DNA of 64,000 bases. It comes from Squalus acanthias (taxonomy: Eukaryota). Positions 35,064-48,152 of the stretch are shown one piece after another (position 1 is the first letter of the stretch; each line of letters opens with the position of its first letter). Below the pieces are notes generated by a model. The model was not told the origin of the DNA. It saw nothing but the letters and a program-made list of their open reading frames with translations, and ran no database searches. The position numbers were made by a program, and so were the translations under genes. The stretch spans positions 434,001 through 498,000 of the forward strand of contig JASTWF010000070.1 of NCBI GenBank assembly GCA_030390025.1, given 5' to 3'.

Positions 35064-38060
35064 CTAAAAGGTTTGGAAGTCCAGTCTTCCTTTAACGGAC
35101 TCGGCGGACCAGAAATAGCCGCAGACGTTTACCTCTCTGCTTGTGACTGGAAGGCACGTCTCCCCGGACCGTGTCCTGGTCCCTGGGTCGCTTGGCCCGT
35201 ACCGGTAAGTCAGTAGAGTCCGCGTCATCTTGATCATCCTGTGGAGGACTGGGAATATCATGACTCTGGGTGCGGGTCCCCACAGGTGCTGAGCTGGCGT
35301 CATCCCGGGTCGTGGCTGGAGATTGTCCGGCGTCCTGGTTTCGGGTGGCCATCCTACGGGGAGCATCCAGCTCCCTGAGTTGATCCGGTTGCGTTGCCGG
35401 CAGATCCCCCGATGTCCCAGGCGGGGCATCATTTTCATAGGGGTGCGGAGTGTTGATATCATTGTCGGGGGATCCTTCAACATTCGGGCCCGTGTGACCG
35501 GTTGGGCAGGGAGCCAGATTTCAGAGCGAGACGGTGGTCTCCCGGCCATCAGGGTACCGTACGTGCGCATACGTGGGGTTTACCTCCGTTAACTCCACCT
35601 CGTCAACGAGAGGGTCGTTTTTGGCAGACCGGACGAACCTCCGGAGTAGTACCGGGCCTGGAGCCACCAACCATGATGGTAGAGACGTCCCATGTGTAGA
35701 GCGACGCCGGAATTTGAAGAATCACTCATGAGGCGTGACATTAGTAGATGTGGAGAGAAGAGACCTGATAAAGTGTAACGCGTCGAGGAGCACCGTTTCC
35801 CACTGCTGGTCCGGCAGGTTGCGTGACCTTAGTGCCAGACGGACAGCGTTCCAGATGATGGCATTGTATCGTTCAACCTGTCCGTTACCGATTGGGTGAT
35901 ATGGTGTCGTCCTACTTGAGGCGATTCCCCGTTGGGAGAGATAACTTTTAAGTTCACTCGACATAAAGGAGGGACCCCGATCAGTGTGGATAAAATTGGC
36001 CGTCCCGCAAAGGGAAAAGACCTGATCGAGGCATTTAATTACCGTAGAGGTAAGGATATTAGGGCAGGGGAAGGCGAAGGGAAAGCGTGAATACTCGTCC
36101 ACCATCGTAAGTAGGTAGGTGTTCCTTGTCGACGAAGGCAATGGCCCTTTAAAGTCTATGCTGAGCCTCTGCATAGGCTGCATTGCATGTATGAGTAAGC
36201 CATCTGATGGGCGAAAGAATTGTGGTTTCAATTCTGCACAAATGCTACAGGAGGAGCATGTTTTCTTTACGTCCTCGGTTGAAAATGGTAGATTTTTGGA
36301 GCGCACAAAGTGCAACATGCGGGTCACACCAGGATGGCATAAGTCCATATGCAAATCCGCCAGAGTCGACGTTGACATTGAGGAGCAAAATGCCCGTGTG
36401 AAGGTATCTGGGGCCACGTTCTGTTTGCCGGGTCGGTAACAGATAGTATATCCAAAGGCAGCCAGCTCCATCCTCCAGAGTTGAATTTTATTATTTTTGA
36501 TTTTCGTGCGCCTCCGGTTATCCAACATGAAGGCCACAGAGCGCTGGTCAGTTATAAGCGTAAAATGACACCGAGCAAGAAAATGACCCCATTGGCGTAC
36601 AGCCTCGATGATGGCCGTAGCCTCCTTCTCGACGGGGGGTTAATGGAGCTCGCTACCCTGCAAGGTTCTGGATAGGAATGCCACGGGTCGGCCACCTTGA
36701 TTCAAGGTAGCGGAGATCGCCACCTCCGATGCATCGCATTCAACCACAAAAGGAAGATTTTCGTCAATGGAGCGAAGCGTGGCTTTCTCCAGCTGTCGTT
36801 TGAGGAGGTTGAAGGCAGAAATAGCCGTAGCTTCCAATGGAAAAGACTTCGCATGGAGCAGGGGCTGTATTTTATCGGAGAAGTGTGGTATCCATTTTGC
36901 GTAATAAGCAAACATGCCAAGTGCCCGACGAAGAGAGCCGAGGTTCGTCGGGGGAGGGAGCTCCTGAAGTGGACGAAGTCGCTCTGGGTCCGGTTTAATA
37001 ACACTGTTGCCCACCCAGTAGCCAAGAATGTTCACCGATGGCACCGACTTCACCGATTTGGATTCGTTTAACGTTAAGTGGCGACGGCGGAGTACATCAA
37101 AAAATCTCTGAAGATTGGCGTCATGCTCCTTTTGATCATGGCCGGCAATAGTGATATTGTCTAAATACGGAAAGGTATCCGTCAAGTTCTCTTGCCGGAC
37201 TAGGCCATCCATGGCCCGTTGGAAGACGGCCACCCCATTGGTGACCATGAATGGAAGGCGGCGAAACTGGAAAAGCCGACCATTGGCCTCAAAGGCCGTA
37301 TACTTCTTCTCGGAGTCTTGCAGTGGCACCTGATGGTACGCGCTTTTTAAATCGAAGGTCGAGAATACCTTGTATTTGGCAAGGTTGTTGACCATGTCAT
37401 CTATGCGTGGCAGCGGGTAGGCATCCAGATCGGTATATAGATTAATAGTCTGCGAATAATCGATACACAGACGTTTTTTATGTTGTTTTAAGGGATTCCT
37501 CATGATGACGACCTGAGCCCGCCAGGGAGATGAACATGGCTCGATAATACCGTCGACTAAAAGGCGAGAGATTTCCGCCTCAATAAACGCTCGATCATCT
37601 TGGCTAAAGCGCCGCGATTTGGTGGCTATGGGTTTACAGCGGGGGGGAAGATTGGCAAACAGGGAGGGTTCACCGAGTAAGGCCGCCGAGAGTGCACAAA
37701 ACGGCACCTTAGAAATGGTAAGCACCGGCCTTGACCCTCCAAACTCAAAAGTGATCTTCTTGTGCTGCTTCTGGAAGTCCTGTCCCAGAAGCACATCGCT
37801 GCATAAGTTTGCAAGTACTCCGAGCCGGGTGGAGAGATACGTGCGGCCGTTGAGGATGAGGTTGACCAGACAGAAGCCAGAAGAATTGGTGGTCAGAGTC
37901 GTCAGAGCCATTGCAATCTCCCTGTCCGAGGGATAAATGTGCAGTTTTAACCTGTTGACAGCCCGCTTACTAATGAAGCTGTCAGAGCTGCAGGAGTTGA
38001 TTAGCGTGCTTAGAGTGTGCCCATTTACTGAAACCTTCGTGGCTGCATGGGACAAACTTT
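35064..38060 (-). pseudogene. pol: Gypsy pol (protease, RT, RNase H, integrase), interrupted by in-frame stops at ~36640 and ~35722
   Basis: SSPWRAQVV, DLKSAYHQ, YLDNITI, ECDAS, IDFKGPLP..HTDRG..GNGQVER motifs. Confidence 0.9.
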
Positions 38061-39032
38061 GGGGAAAACAGCCGTGATGGGAGGAGGGGCAATTTTCCCT
38101 TTGGCAACTGTAGCCTTAACAGTAGTTCTTGGGGGAGGAGCAGCTCCATAGATAGCAGCTGTGAAGCTAACAGGAGCTCTCGACCGGTATACTTTAGAGG
38201 AGCGGCCTTTCTTGTTAGCAAAGGCCCGTGACTGGCATACCTTGGAAAAGTGTCCTTTCTTGCTGCAATGATTGCAGGTCACATTACGAGCCGGGCAAAA
38301 TTTTCTGTGATGGCACGCCCCTCCACAAAAGAAACACTTTCTTCCCGATTGCCAGGATGCTGCTAGGGCGGGGTCGTCATCAGCGAAGGCCTCTAGGGTA
38401 GGGTCGTCGTCTGTTAGAGTAGAGTCAACAGCAGTGGGGGCATCCGCCCGAGACCTACCGAAAGACTCATTAAAGGAGATAGCCGCCGCCCGTGCACGTG
38501 TTTGGAGATAAGTGTCTGCATTTTTCTTGGCCAAGTCCAAGGAACACGCCTGGTCATAAGCAGCCCGTAAATTGAGGGTTTTATTTTCCAGCAGGCGCTG
38601 ACGTATAAAAGGGGACGCGATTCCATTGATAAAGGAATCGCGGATTAGTTCCTCTTGATACTGTTCAGCTGAAACTGCTTTAAGGTTACAATCATTGTTG
38701 AGCCTGCGAAGTTTCTGGAGAAATTCATCGAGTGATTCCCCAGGCTGCTGCCGAGTTGTGGCCAGTAGGTGTCGAGCAAAGATTTCATTTGGGGACTTGA
38801 CATATAGCTGCTGTAAGATTTCGATAGCAGTGTCATAGTCTATACAGTCCTCAATATAATCATACACATGAGGAGACACGTCGTTGATAAGCATTCGTAA
38901 CTTATTAGGGACATCCGCCCCACATTTTTCAAGAAAGTTGCTAAAGGTACGAAACCAATGCTTCCATACCTTTGCTGCCGCAGGTGCATTCGGGTCCAGG
39001 TCGAGACGAGCGGGTCTAAGGAGTTTTTCCAT
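38025..39032 (-). CDS. gag: Gypsy gag with CCHC zinc knuckles
   Basis: CFFCGGACHHRKFC and CNHCSKKGHFSKVC motifs. Confidence 0.88.
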   Translation of the reverse strand: MEKLLRPARLDLDPNAPAAAKVWKHWFRTFSNFLEKCGADVPNKLRMLINDVSPHVYDYIEDCIDYDTAIEILQQLYVKSPNEIFARHLLATTRQQPGESLDEFLQKLRRLNNDCNLKAVSAEQYQEELIRDSFINGIASPFIRQRLLENKTLNLRAAYDQACSLDLAKKNADTYLQTRARAAAISFNESFGRSRADAPTAVDSTLTDDDPTLEAFADDDPALAASWQSGRKCFFCGGACHHRKFCPARNVTCNHCSKKGHFSKVCQSRAFANKKGRSSKVYRSRAPVSFTAAIYGAAPPPRTTVKATVAKGKIAPPPITAVFPKVCPMQPRRFQ

Positions 39033-39719
39033 GATGGATCAGTTTCTTGCCCAAGTTCCCTTCTGTGGTTCGAGTTGCAGCTGGTTGTTCCGAATCACCC
39101 AAAGCGTGGAGACGATATCAAGTTGATTAAATTGACGTAATAAAGACTCACTACGCACTTGAACATAAAGCAAGGCTTTAAACAACTTGTAACAAAACAT
39201 GGAGGTCTAGTTAGCAGTCACTAGCTTCCTGTTTCCAGATTGTCTCTGCCCAAGGTGGGCCCATGCCTGAGTATTTATACTCCCTGGACGGCGCCCCAGC
39301 TGGCCGCCCAGTAGTACTTCCTGAGTTGTTACTTGCGATTTATGACAACAAGTGTCTCCAAATACGCTTTGCAATAACTGTGCAGAATATTTTGACAGCA
39401 GAATATTGTTAATTTCGGCTAGTTTCTATCCCCTCGGTACATGAATTACAAGAGATTCTCGATGAGATCAGAGCCTAATAACCAGCTCCATTATCCATTA
39501 ATCACCACACCAACGGCCTCATATCCAGCTTTTAAATGTGTATGAAATCGAAGGTGTGCCCGAAAAATATCACAGCATCTCGGCGAAACAGCCTTTGAAT
39601 CTTACTCTTGTATTTGACCGATTTCCTAATGTGAAGAGCGAATTGTGTTACCGCTGCGAATTATTAGCATCACCAGCAAATCTCTTTCAGTCACAGCCGA
39701 AGGGTTCTGCTTTACAAAG

Positions 39720-41030
39720 TTACAAAGTGTTCACAGCACAGAAACAGGCCATTCGGACCCACTGGTCCGTGCCGGGGTTTCTGCTCCACACCAGCCTCCT
39801 CCCACCCCTCTAACATCTCACCCCATCAGCATATCCTTCTATTCCTTTCTCCCTCATGTGTTTATCAAGCTTCCCCTTAAATGCATCTATGCTATTCGCC
39901 TCAACCACTCCCTGTGGCAGCGAGTTCCACAATCTCACCACTCTCTGCGTGAAGAAGTTTCTGCTGAATTACTTATTGGATTTATTAGTGACTATCTTAT
40001 ATTTATGGCCCCTAGTTCTGGTCACTTCACAAGTCAAAACAACTTCTCTTCCTATCAAACCCTTTCAGATTCTTAAAGGCCTCTATCAGGTCACCCCTCA
40101 GCCTTCTCTTTTCAGGAGAAAAGTGCCCCAGCCTGATCAATCTTTCCTGATGTGTATAACGCCTCAGTTCTGTATCATCCTTGCACATTTTTTTGCACTT
40201 TCTCCAGTGCCTCTATATCCTTTTTATAATAAGGAGACCAGAAGTGTGCACAGTGCTCCACGTGTGGTCTAACCAAGGTTCAATACAAGTTCAACACAAC
40301 TTCGCTGCTTTTCAATTCTATTCCTCTAGAAATGAACCCCAGTGCTTTGGTTTGCTTGTTTTAATGTCGTTGTTAACCTGTGTCGCTACTTTTAGTGATT
40401 TGTGTACCTGCACTCCAGATCCTCTACCCCATATCAAAACGTATTTTCTGAGAACTAATAGAAACTAATAGTGGGTAAAAGCCACCATAAATTTGGTGAC
40501 GAAATCACTTAACTGAATTATTAAAAAAGAGCAGATAGATTTAAAATAATATACTTTCAATTGTAAATGTGACAGAGTTCACTCCCAGGACAGAAGCAGA
40601 GAACGTTCGGGGTCCAGTTACACAAGAACATAAGAAATAGTAGCAGGAGTAGGCCAAGCGGTCACTCGAGCCTGCTCCGCCATTCAATAAGATCATGGCT
40701 GATTTTCTACCTCATTTCCACTTTCCTGCACTATAGCCGTATCCCTTGATTTCCCTGGAGTCCAAAAATCTATCGATCTCTGTTTTGAATATACTCAACG
40801 ACTGGGCCTCCACAGCCCTCTGGGGTAGAGAATTTCAAAGATTCACCACCCTTTGAGTGAAGAAATTTCTCCTCACCTCAGTCCTAAATGGCCGACCCCT
40901 TATTCTGAGACTGTGACCTCTTGTTCTGGACTCCAAAGCCAGGGGAAGCATGCTCCCAACATCTACCCTGTCAAGCCCTGTAAGAATGTTGTATGTTTCA
41001 ATGAGATCACCTCACATTCGTCTAAACTCC
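39720..41030 (-). mobile_element. CR1 3-prime fragments
   Basis: Reverse-complement CR1 ORF2 ends and tails. Confidence 0.8.
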
Positions 41031-41951
41031 AGCTTTAATATCAATGCAGCCCAAATCCGGAGGCAGTGCCTGAGCTGCCCAGTCGGTCCTGAGCCCCACT
41101 TTTGAACCGCATACATTTACTCTATAAATGTGCACTGTAAATCGGCGTTAGAGATACACTGAGCGCCTCTGGACTGAACGATCAAATGGCTGGAATCACA
41201 GACACAATACTGGAGTTTGAAAACCTGTTTTATTGCGTTTGTAACTCGGACACTGATGCACTGTAAAGATTATTTGAATTATATCGCGCTCACATACAAA
41301 GACGCGAAATGAAACTAAAAATGCCAATACAGGAGAGGAGAAACATGTCGAGATTGAACCGAAGCTGCAGGCGATGTGTCATCTTAAGAGTAGCGGACGA
41401 TGTGTAAGAGAGAATTTAAATATGTTTAGAATTTCCGCTTTGGGCCGAAATTTCCCATTTGCAAAATCCGCTTGAAATTGCGTCGGTTCTGTTCGGCGTT
41501 AAGACTCTCCAGTGGACGATACGCCGGTTCTGCATTGGTCAGTCTGTCTTCCGAGTAAGTGTTAATTATTGATAATTGTTCATCAAGTCTGTCAGTGAAC
41601 GTGAGATCGCCGCAGTGAGACGTCAATGAAGATAGCAATTGAACCCTTCAGCTGCACGCCAGTGCTTCCAATAGTCGGATTTCTGCGTGGCTTTGGGACT
41701 TGAACCCGGCGTATCAAAGTCTCTCGGAAGGGTTCACAGCTCAGGGCTCTACTGCGCCGATTAGTCTTCTGAATGAGATTGCCAATTTCCTGTCAATGGA
41801 ACCCAAAAGCTCGCGGAAGCGGCACACAATTGAGAAACAGGAGGTTTGAATTGTTACTGAGCATCGTGTCTCACTGATCCCACAATGAGAGCAAAGCAGA
41901 GGGAACTTTCCACAAACGTCATATCCGGCAGGCACTCGCTTTCCTTTCCCG

Positions 41952-43049
41952 TCAGAGGGTCGTAACCGCATTAAACGCCAGGTGGGCGTAAAGAGTCTGT
42001 GAGAGAAAAGAGAAACCATTATCATGGCCCACATAATCATCATAGGAACAGGGGGACAGGAGGAGGCTGTCCAGCCCCTCGAGCCTGTTCCGCCATTCAA
42101 TGAGATCATGGCTGATCTGTATCTTTACTCCATCTACCCGCCTTGGTTGCCTACCCCTTAATCCCCTTACCCAACAAGAATCTATCAAAAATCTCTCAGT
42201 TTTGGAATTTCTAATTGACCCCCAGCCTCGACAGCTTTTTGGGGGAGAGAGTTGCAGATTTCCACCACCCTTTGTGTGAAGAAGTGCTTCCTGACATCAC
42301 CGCTAAACGGCCTGGCTCTAATTTTAAGGTGTTGCCCCCTTTGTTCTGGACTCCCCCCACCAGAGGAAATTGTTTCTCTCTATCTACCCCATCGAATGCT
42401 TTAATCATCTTAAACACCACGATAAAATCACTCCTTAATCTTCTAAACATGTTGGAATACAAGCCTAGTATGTGCAACCTGTCCTCATAATTTAACCCTT
42501 TCAGCCCCGGGTATCACTCTGGTGAATCATCAATCTGCAATTTAAAATATCCAGATCTATATTTTTTTAATCTACGTTCGCAGTTTTACATAAAAGGAAA
42601 TCAGTGCTATCCTGTAGTGCTCACTATGCAAAGTTTTATAGACTCATTAACTATGAATCTTAAACATTGGGTTAAAATCAGTGCAATGTATCGACATGTG
42701 TTGAGCAAAAACAATTCTTTTCATATCTACCTCCTTCTCTTGTGCACGTGGTCTCGAATCGGTCAATTTCTGATCGCTGTTCGTGCTGCCTGATATAAAG
42801 AGAAACTCAATCTAAGTCTAAATGAGCACATTTCACACTGAACCGACCGACTAACATGTAATGAGCCAATGACACAATAAATGGATTGATTGGGAGCGCC
42901 GTGGAGTTGGAGCGTCTCCCGGCAACCGCTACCTGACCGCCGGTTCCTGCAGCTCCTTCCCGCGGCGATAATAACCAACAGCAGAAGGAGAAGCGCCGCC
43001 GCTGAAGTTCCGTAAAGCAGTAATCTGCAGTTGCTTTGTAGCGGGGACA
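41952..43049 (-). CDS. Receptor B 3-prime module: TM exon 42933-43049, cytoplasmic exons 42731-42789 and 41952-41996 with TxYxxL motif; ectodomain exons not found
   Basis: Spliced frame SPLQSNCRLLLYGTSAAALLLLLLVIIAAGRSCRNRRS/GSTNSDQKLTDSRPRAQEKE/TLYAHLAFNAVTTL*. Strong acceptors, compatible phases (1-1, 1-0, 0), and AATAAA on minus at 41229-41234. Confidence 0.75.
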
Positions 43050-43233
43050 CTGAAGAAAGAAAAAAAAACTTTTTATCTTTTAAAAACCCGTAACCCGAGC
43101 CTTCTGGTTCTCGCAGAAGGTTCAAGGAGGCCCAACACCACCTTCTCAACCACTAGGGATGGACAATCAATGCCAGACTTACCAGCGTCCCCCACATCAC
43201 GGGAACAAATTAAAAACGTTGCTGAAAATAATT

Positions 43234-43777
43234 NNNNNNNNNNNNNNNNNNNNNNNNNNNNNNNNNNNNNNNNNNNNNNNNNNNNNNNNNNNNNNNNNNN
43301 NNNNNNNNNNNNNNNNNNNNNNNNNNNNNNNNNNNNNNNNNNNNNNNNNNNNNNNNNNNNNNNNNNNNNNNNNNNNNNNNNNNNNNNNNNNNNNNNNAGA
43401 GATAGAGAGATGGAGAGATAGATAGACAGATAGATAGATAGACAGATAGATAGATAGACAGAGATAGATCGATAGAGAGATAGANNNNNNNNNNNNNNNN
43501 NNNNNNNNNNNNNNNNNNNNNNNNNNNNNNNNNNNNNNNNNNNNNNNNNNNNNNNNNNNNNNNNNNNNNNNNNNNNNNNNNNNNNNNNNNNNNNNNNNNN
43601 NNNNNNNNNNNNNNNNNNNNNNNNNNNNNNNNNNNNNNNNNNNNNNNNNNNNNNNNNNNNNNNNNNNNNNNNNNNNNNNNNNNNNNNNNNNNNNNNNNNN
43701 NNNNNNNNNNNNNNNNNNNNNNNNNNNNNNNNNNNNNNNNNNNNNNNNNNNNNNNNNNNNNNNNNNNNNNNNNNNNN
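43234..43777. other. Two N runs (43234-43397, 43485-43777) around a (GATA)n microsatellite
   Basis: Seen directly. Confidence 0.98.
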
Positions 43778-44399
43778 ACAGGCACACAGACAGACAGAGC
43801 CATATAACCATGAACCTATCGAAGGGTAGGGTACAAAAGGAGACTATGAGGCCCTCCATGTTTGTGCCGGCTTTTTGGTAGATAGATCCAAAACTAATCC
43901 CATTACCTGGCTGTACCTCGATACTCCTGTATCAGTCCAAAACTAATCCCAAAACCCACTCGGTCCCCTGGAAAGCAGCACTTCTAACCCTTCGCCAATC
44001 TGAGGAATAACCATTTACCCTATCTCCTTATGTCTTGTCTGTCATCTAACTTTACATCCAGGCTGCCACATCTCCTTCACACCATACCTCTAAATTGTTT
44101 CCCAACACACCGCTTGTGGGACACCTTATCAAACGCCTTCTGGAAATCCATACACGTTACATCTACTGCAATCCCTTTAACTATCCAATCGGTCACTTCT
44201 ACAAAAGCTCTATTAAATTTGTTAAACACGACTCCACTTTCACAAATCGGTGCTGGTTGTCCTTAACTGGCCCAGCCATTTAGAAATGCTCACCAATTTC
44301 AGTACAAATTACGGATTCTAAGCGTTTGTCCGCAACTCATCTAGTCTCTGGCAGCCCAAGTGACACCTTTCTCCTCTCTTAGATGAAACGTTAGATAGA

Positions 44400-46880
44400 A
44401 TCCGTTTGGGTCGGAAAATAAGTGTCTAAATGGAGTAGAGGAGCAGCGGGATCTGGAGGTACAGATACACAAATCACTAAAAGTAGCGACGCAGGTTAAT
44501 AAGGCCATAAAAAAGCAAACCAAGCACTGGGGTTCATTTCTAGAGGGATAAAATTGAAAAGCAGAGAAGTTATGTTCAATTTCTATAGAACCTTGGTTGG
44601 ATCACACTTGGAATACTGTGAACATTTCTGGGCTCCATATTATCAAGAGTATATAGAGACACTGGAGAAGATACAAAAAGATTTACTAGGATGATACCTG
44701 AATTGAGACATTATACATATCAGGAAAGATTGAACAGGCTGGGGCTCTTTTCTCTACAAAAGTGAAGACTGAGAGGTGACCTGATAGTGGACTTTAGATT
44801 ATGAAAAGATTTTCATAGGATTACATAGGATATATGGCACAGAGATAGGACATTGGGCCCAACCAGTCCATGCCGGCGTTTATGCTCCACTGGAGCCTCC
44901 TCCCGTCTTTCCTCATCTAAATCTATCAGCTTATCCCTCTATTCCCTACTCCCTCACATGCTTGCCCAGCCTCCCCCTTTAAATGCATCTATACAATTCG
45001 CTTCAAACATTCCCTGAGGTAGCGAGTTCCACATTCTCACCACTCTCTGGGTAAAGAGGTTTGTCCTGAATTCCCTATTGAATTTCTTGGTGACTATCTT
45101 ATATTGACGGCCTCTAGTTATGCTCTTCCCCACACGTTGAAACATTCTCTCTCTATCTACTTTATCAAAACCTTTGATCGGGTCGACGTAGAGAAGATCT
45201 TTCCACTTGTGGCGGGGGAGGGGGGCGCTTGGGACCAGAACTAGGCGCCATAAATATAAGATAGTCACTATTAATGGGAATGAGTGCGGGGAAGGGTCAC
45301 TCTCTTTGAATTCTATACATGTAAAATGAGCAGCAAGGCGGTTTGTGTGTTCAGGTTCTATATAACTACAACGAATGGACAGATTGTTAATTAAATTAGA
45401 GCCAGGCCGTTCAGGGGTGATGTCAGGAAGCACTTCTTCACACAAAAGGTAGTGGCTATCTGGAACTCTCTCCCCCAAAAAGCTGTTGAGGCTGGGGGTC
45501 AATTGAAGTCTCAAAACTGAGATTGATGGATTTTTGTTGGGTAAAGATATTAAGGGTCACGGAAACAAGTCGAGTAGATGGATTTAAGATACAGATCAGC
45601 CATGATCTAACTGAGTTGTGGGACAGGCTCGAGGGGCTGAATGGCCTCCTCCTGTTCCTATGTTCATGGACTTTAATCTTTGTATCAAACCTGTACGGAG
45701 TCGGCAAGAAAGTAACAAAACCCCAGTACTGCAATTTCAAAGTTTATTAGAAGGACACAGTCTCCTTACTGTGTTTTGTCAGTGGTGTTTCCTCGAACCG
45801 GATTGCTATTTTCTGGGATGTTTCCGGACGGGGTTACAGAGCGACGCACCGATTCCCGGTACAATAGACCCGGATGGACCTACGGCAACAGAAGTCGCAT
45901 CAGTGTCTCGGTGCAAGCTTGGAGCAGCGGCGCTGTCTGTAATTTGTGCTGTTCCACTAGACTTCTCCAGCTAAAATATGGAGACGAGCGTGTCGGGGAA
46001 AACTGTAGAGAAAGCCAGGTAAGAGTGAGAGATGTGCAAATGGCACTTTACTGCAACCCCATTCACTACATCGAATTACATAGAATGTGCAGCACAGAAA
46101 CAGGCCATTCGGCCCAACAGGTCTATGTCGGTGTTTATGCTTCACACGAGCCTTCTCCAATCCTTTTCCATCTCACCCTATCAACATATCCTTCTATTCC
46201 TTTCTGCCTCACGTGTTTATCTAACTTCTCCTTAAATGCATCTATGCTATTTGCCTCAACCACTCCCTGTGGTAGCGAGTTCCACATTCTAAACACACTC
46301 TGTAAAAAGAAGATTCTCCTGAATCCCCTATTGAATTTATTAGTGACTATGTTATATTGAAGTGACTGAAATGATTGTGTGCCTTTCTGAGATGGTCTTC
46401 CCCAGAAGTGGAAACATCTCCTCTATGTCTACCTTATCAAACACTTTCATAATCTTAAATACCTCTGTCAGGTCACCCCTGAGCCTTCTCTTTTCTAGAG
46501 AAAAGATACCCAGCCTGCTCTATCTCTGTAGATGCTGTGAGGCTGTTTCCCCCTGGCTGGAGAGTCTAGAACCAGGGGTCACAGTCTCAGGATAAGGGGT
46601 TGGCCATTTAGGACTGAGATGAGGAGACATTTCTTCACTCAGAGGTTGGTGAATCTTTGGAATTCTCTACCCCAGAGGGCTGTGGAGGCTCAGTCGTTGA
46701 GTATATTCAAGATAGTGATCGACAAATTTTTGAATATTAAGGGAATCAAGGGATATGGGGATAGTTCAGGAAAGTGGAGATAAGGTAGAAGATTAGCTAT
46801 GATCTTATTGAATTGCGGAGCAGGCTCAAAGGGAGGAATAGCCTACTCCTGCTCCTATTTCTTATGTTCTTATGTACCAC
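44400..46880. mobile_element. Nested CR1 fragments surrounding the C1 relic
   Basis: Multiple CR1 C-terminal and tail motifs on both strands. Confidence 0.7.
45751..46018 (+). pseudogene. Decayed C1 exon paralogous to the receptor A C1 exon
   Basis: KDTVSLLCFVSGVSSNRIAIFW..GTIDPDG.TY..AWSSGAVC with several frameshifts and a stop; donor AG|GTAAGA retained. Confidence 0.85.
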
Positions 46881-48152
46881 GCTGTAATCCACAAACTCCC
46901 ACCATCAAAGTACTTGAATATTTCATAATAACAATGTGAAACAACATTCATTTTAATGCTCTGACATCCCAACGACTCATTAACTATTTCCAGTCAATTA
47001 GTTTCAAAACAGAGTAATGATTCAATTTTTATATAGCTGAAACTTGGACCTGAATGGGGTGGTTTACTTAACCAAACGCCCCCTGGAGGCAACATGTGAT
47101 AAGGGTGTGTGTGTCTGATGGCGCTTCTCTATCACCCCCTGGCGAAACCTTTTCATACTTTAGAGCTGAGGTTTAGAAGCAGCGTGAGCACCACTTCCTT
47201 CCTGTGACTCCCAGATATCTTGCAATGTTCAATGGAGAATGATACCCACAATGCCCAATCAATTCACGACTTCAGTGGAGCCCGTAGTGGTGGAGCGGTC
47301 GTTCGTGGTGAATGTTGTTCTGGGATGCTGGTATCCCAGTATCTGTAAACAAGAATAATCAGGGGAGTAAACTCTGCTAGTCTGTGTCCCAACTCGCACC
47401 AAGTCCCGTTCACCCATCACCCCCTGTGCTCGCTGACCTACATTGGTTCAAGTCCGGCAAGACACCATTCCTCTCAGGGGTCCGGTTCGGCCATTATTCC
47501 CGATTAGTATTACACGTTACTGCGAGATGGAAACTGATTTGTAGTCTGCCTAACTTTTGAGTATAGAAGCGCCCCATAACATGTGGGGGACATCCCAGCC
47601 CTAGACCAGCTTCAGAGTAGAGTCAAAAATCGTCAGGAGATGGAATTACCATTAAAGACTGGAGAAATCGGGAGAGATTGGAGTAAAATCACTCACTGTT
47701 GAGCATATGGAAGCATATACACTAAACGGCATATGAGACTAAACCAAACGTTACTGCGGACATAAAGAATGAGAGTTGCACAGACTAGGCTAGAATCCCC
47801 TTGAACATAGAAGATTAAGGGGCGATCTAATTCAGGTGTTTAAGATGATTAAAGGATTCGACAGTGTAGAGAGAGAGAAACTATTTCATCTGGTGGGGGC
47901 TGTCCAGAACAAGGAGGCATCACCTTAAAATTAGAGCCAGGCCGTTCAGGGATGATATCAGAAAGCACTTCTTCACACAATAGGTAGTGGAAATCGGGAA
48001 CTCTCTCCCCCAAAAAGCTGTTGAGGCTGAGGGTCAATTGCAAATTTGAAAACGGAGATTGATAGATTTTTGTTGGGTAAGGGTATTAAGGTCCCAAGAC
48101 AGGTAGATGGAGTTAAGATACAGATCAGCCATGATCTAATTGAATGTGAGGA

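Larger units (their letters stand above)
34839..39347 (-). mobile_element. Full-length Ty3/Gypsy LTR retrotransposon (Mag-like), 4.5 kb, coding-defective
   Basis: 215-bp TG..CA LTRs (34839-35053, 39133-39347), ACAAG TSD on both sides, polypurine tract just inside the left LTR (from 35054), gene order gag-PR-RT-RH-IN. Confidence 0.96.

Noticed and set aside
43159-43859. ORFs spanning X runs
   Set aside because: Artefacts of N gaps and microsatellite
47260-47342. Acceptor-like site followed by a Thr-rich frame on minus, as a receptor B exon
   Set aside because: The phase 0 and phase 1 readings reach a stop and no convincing donor was found
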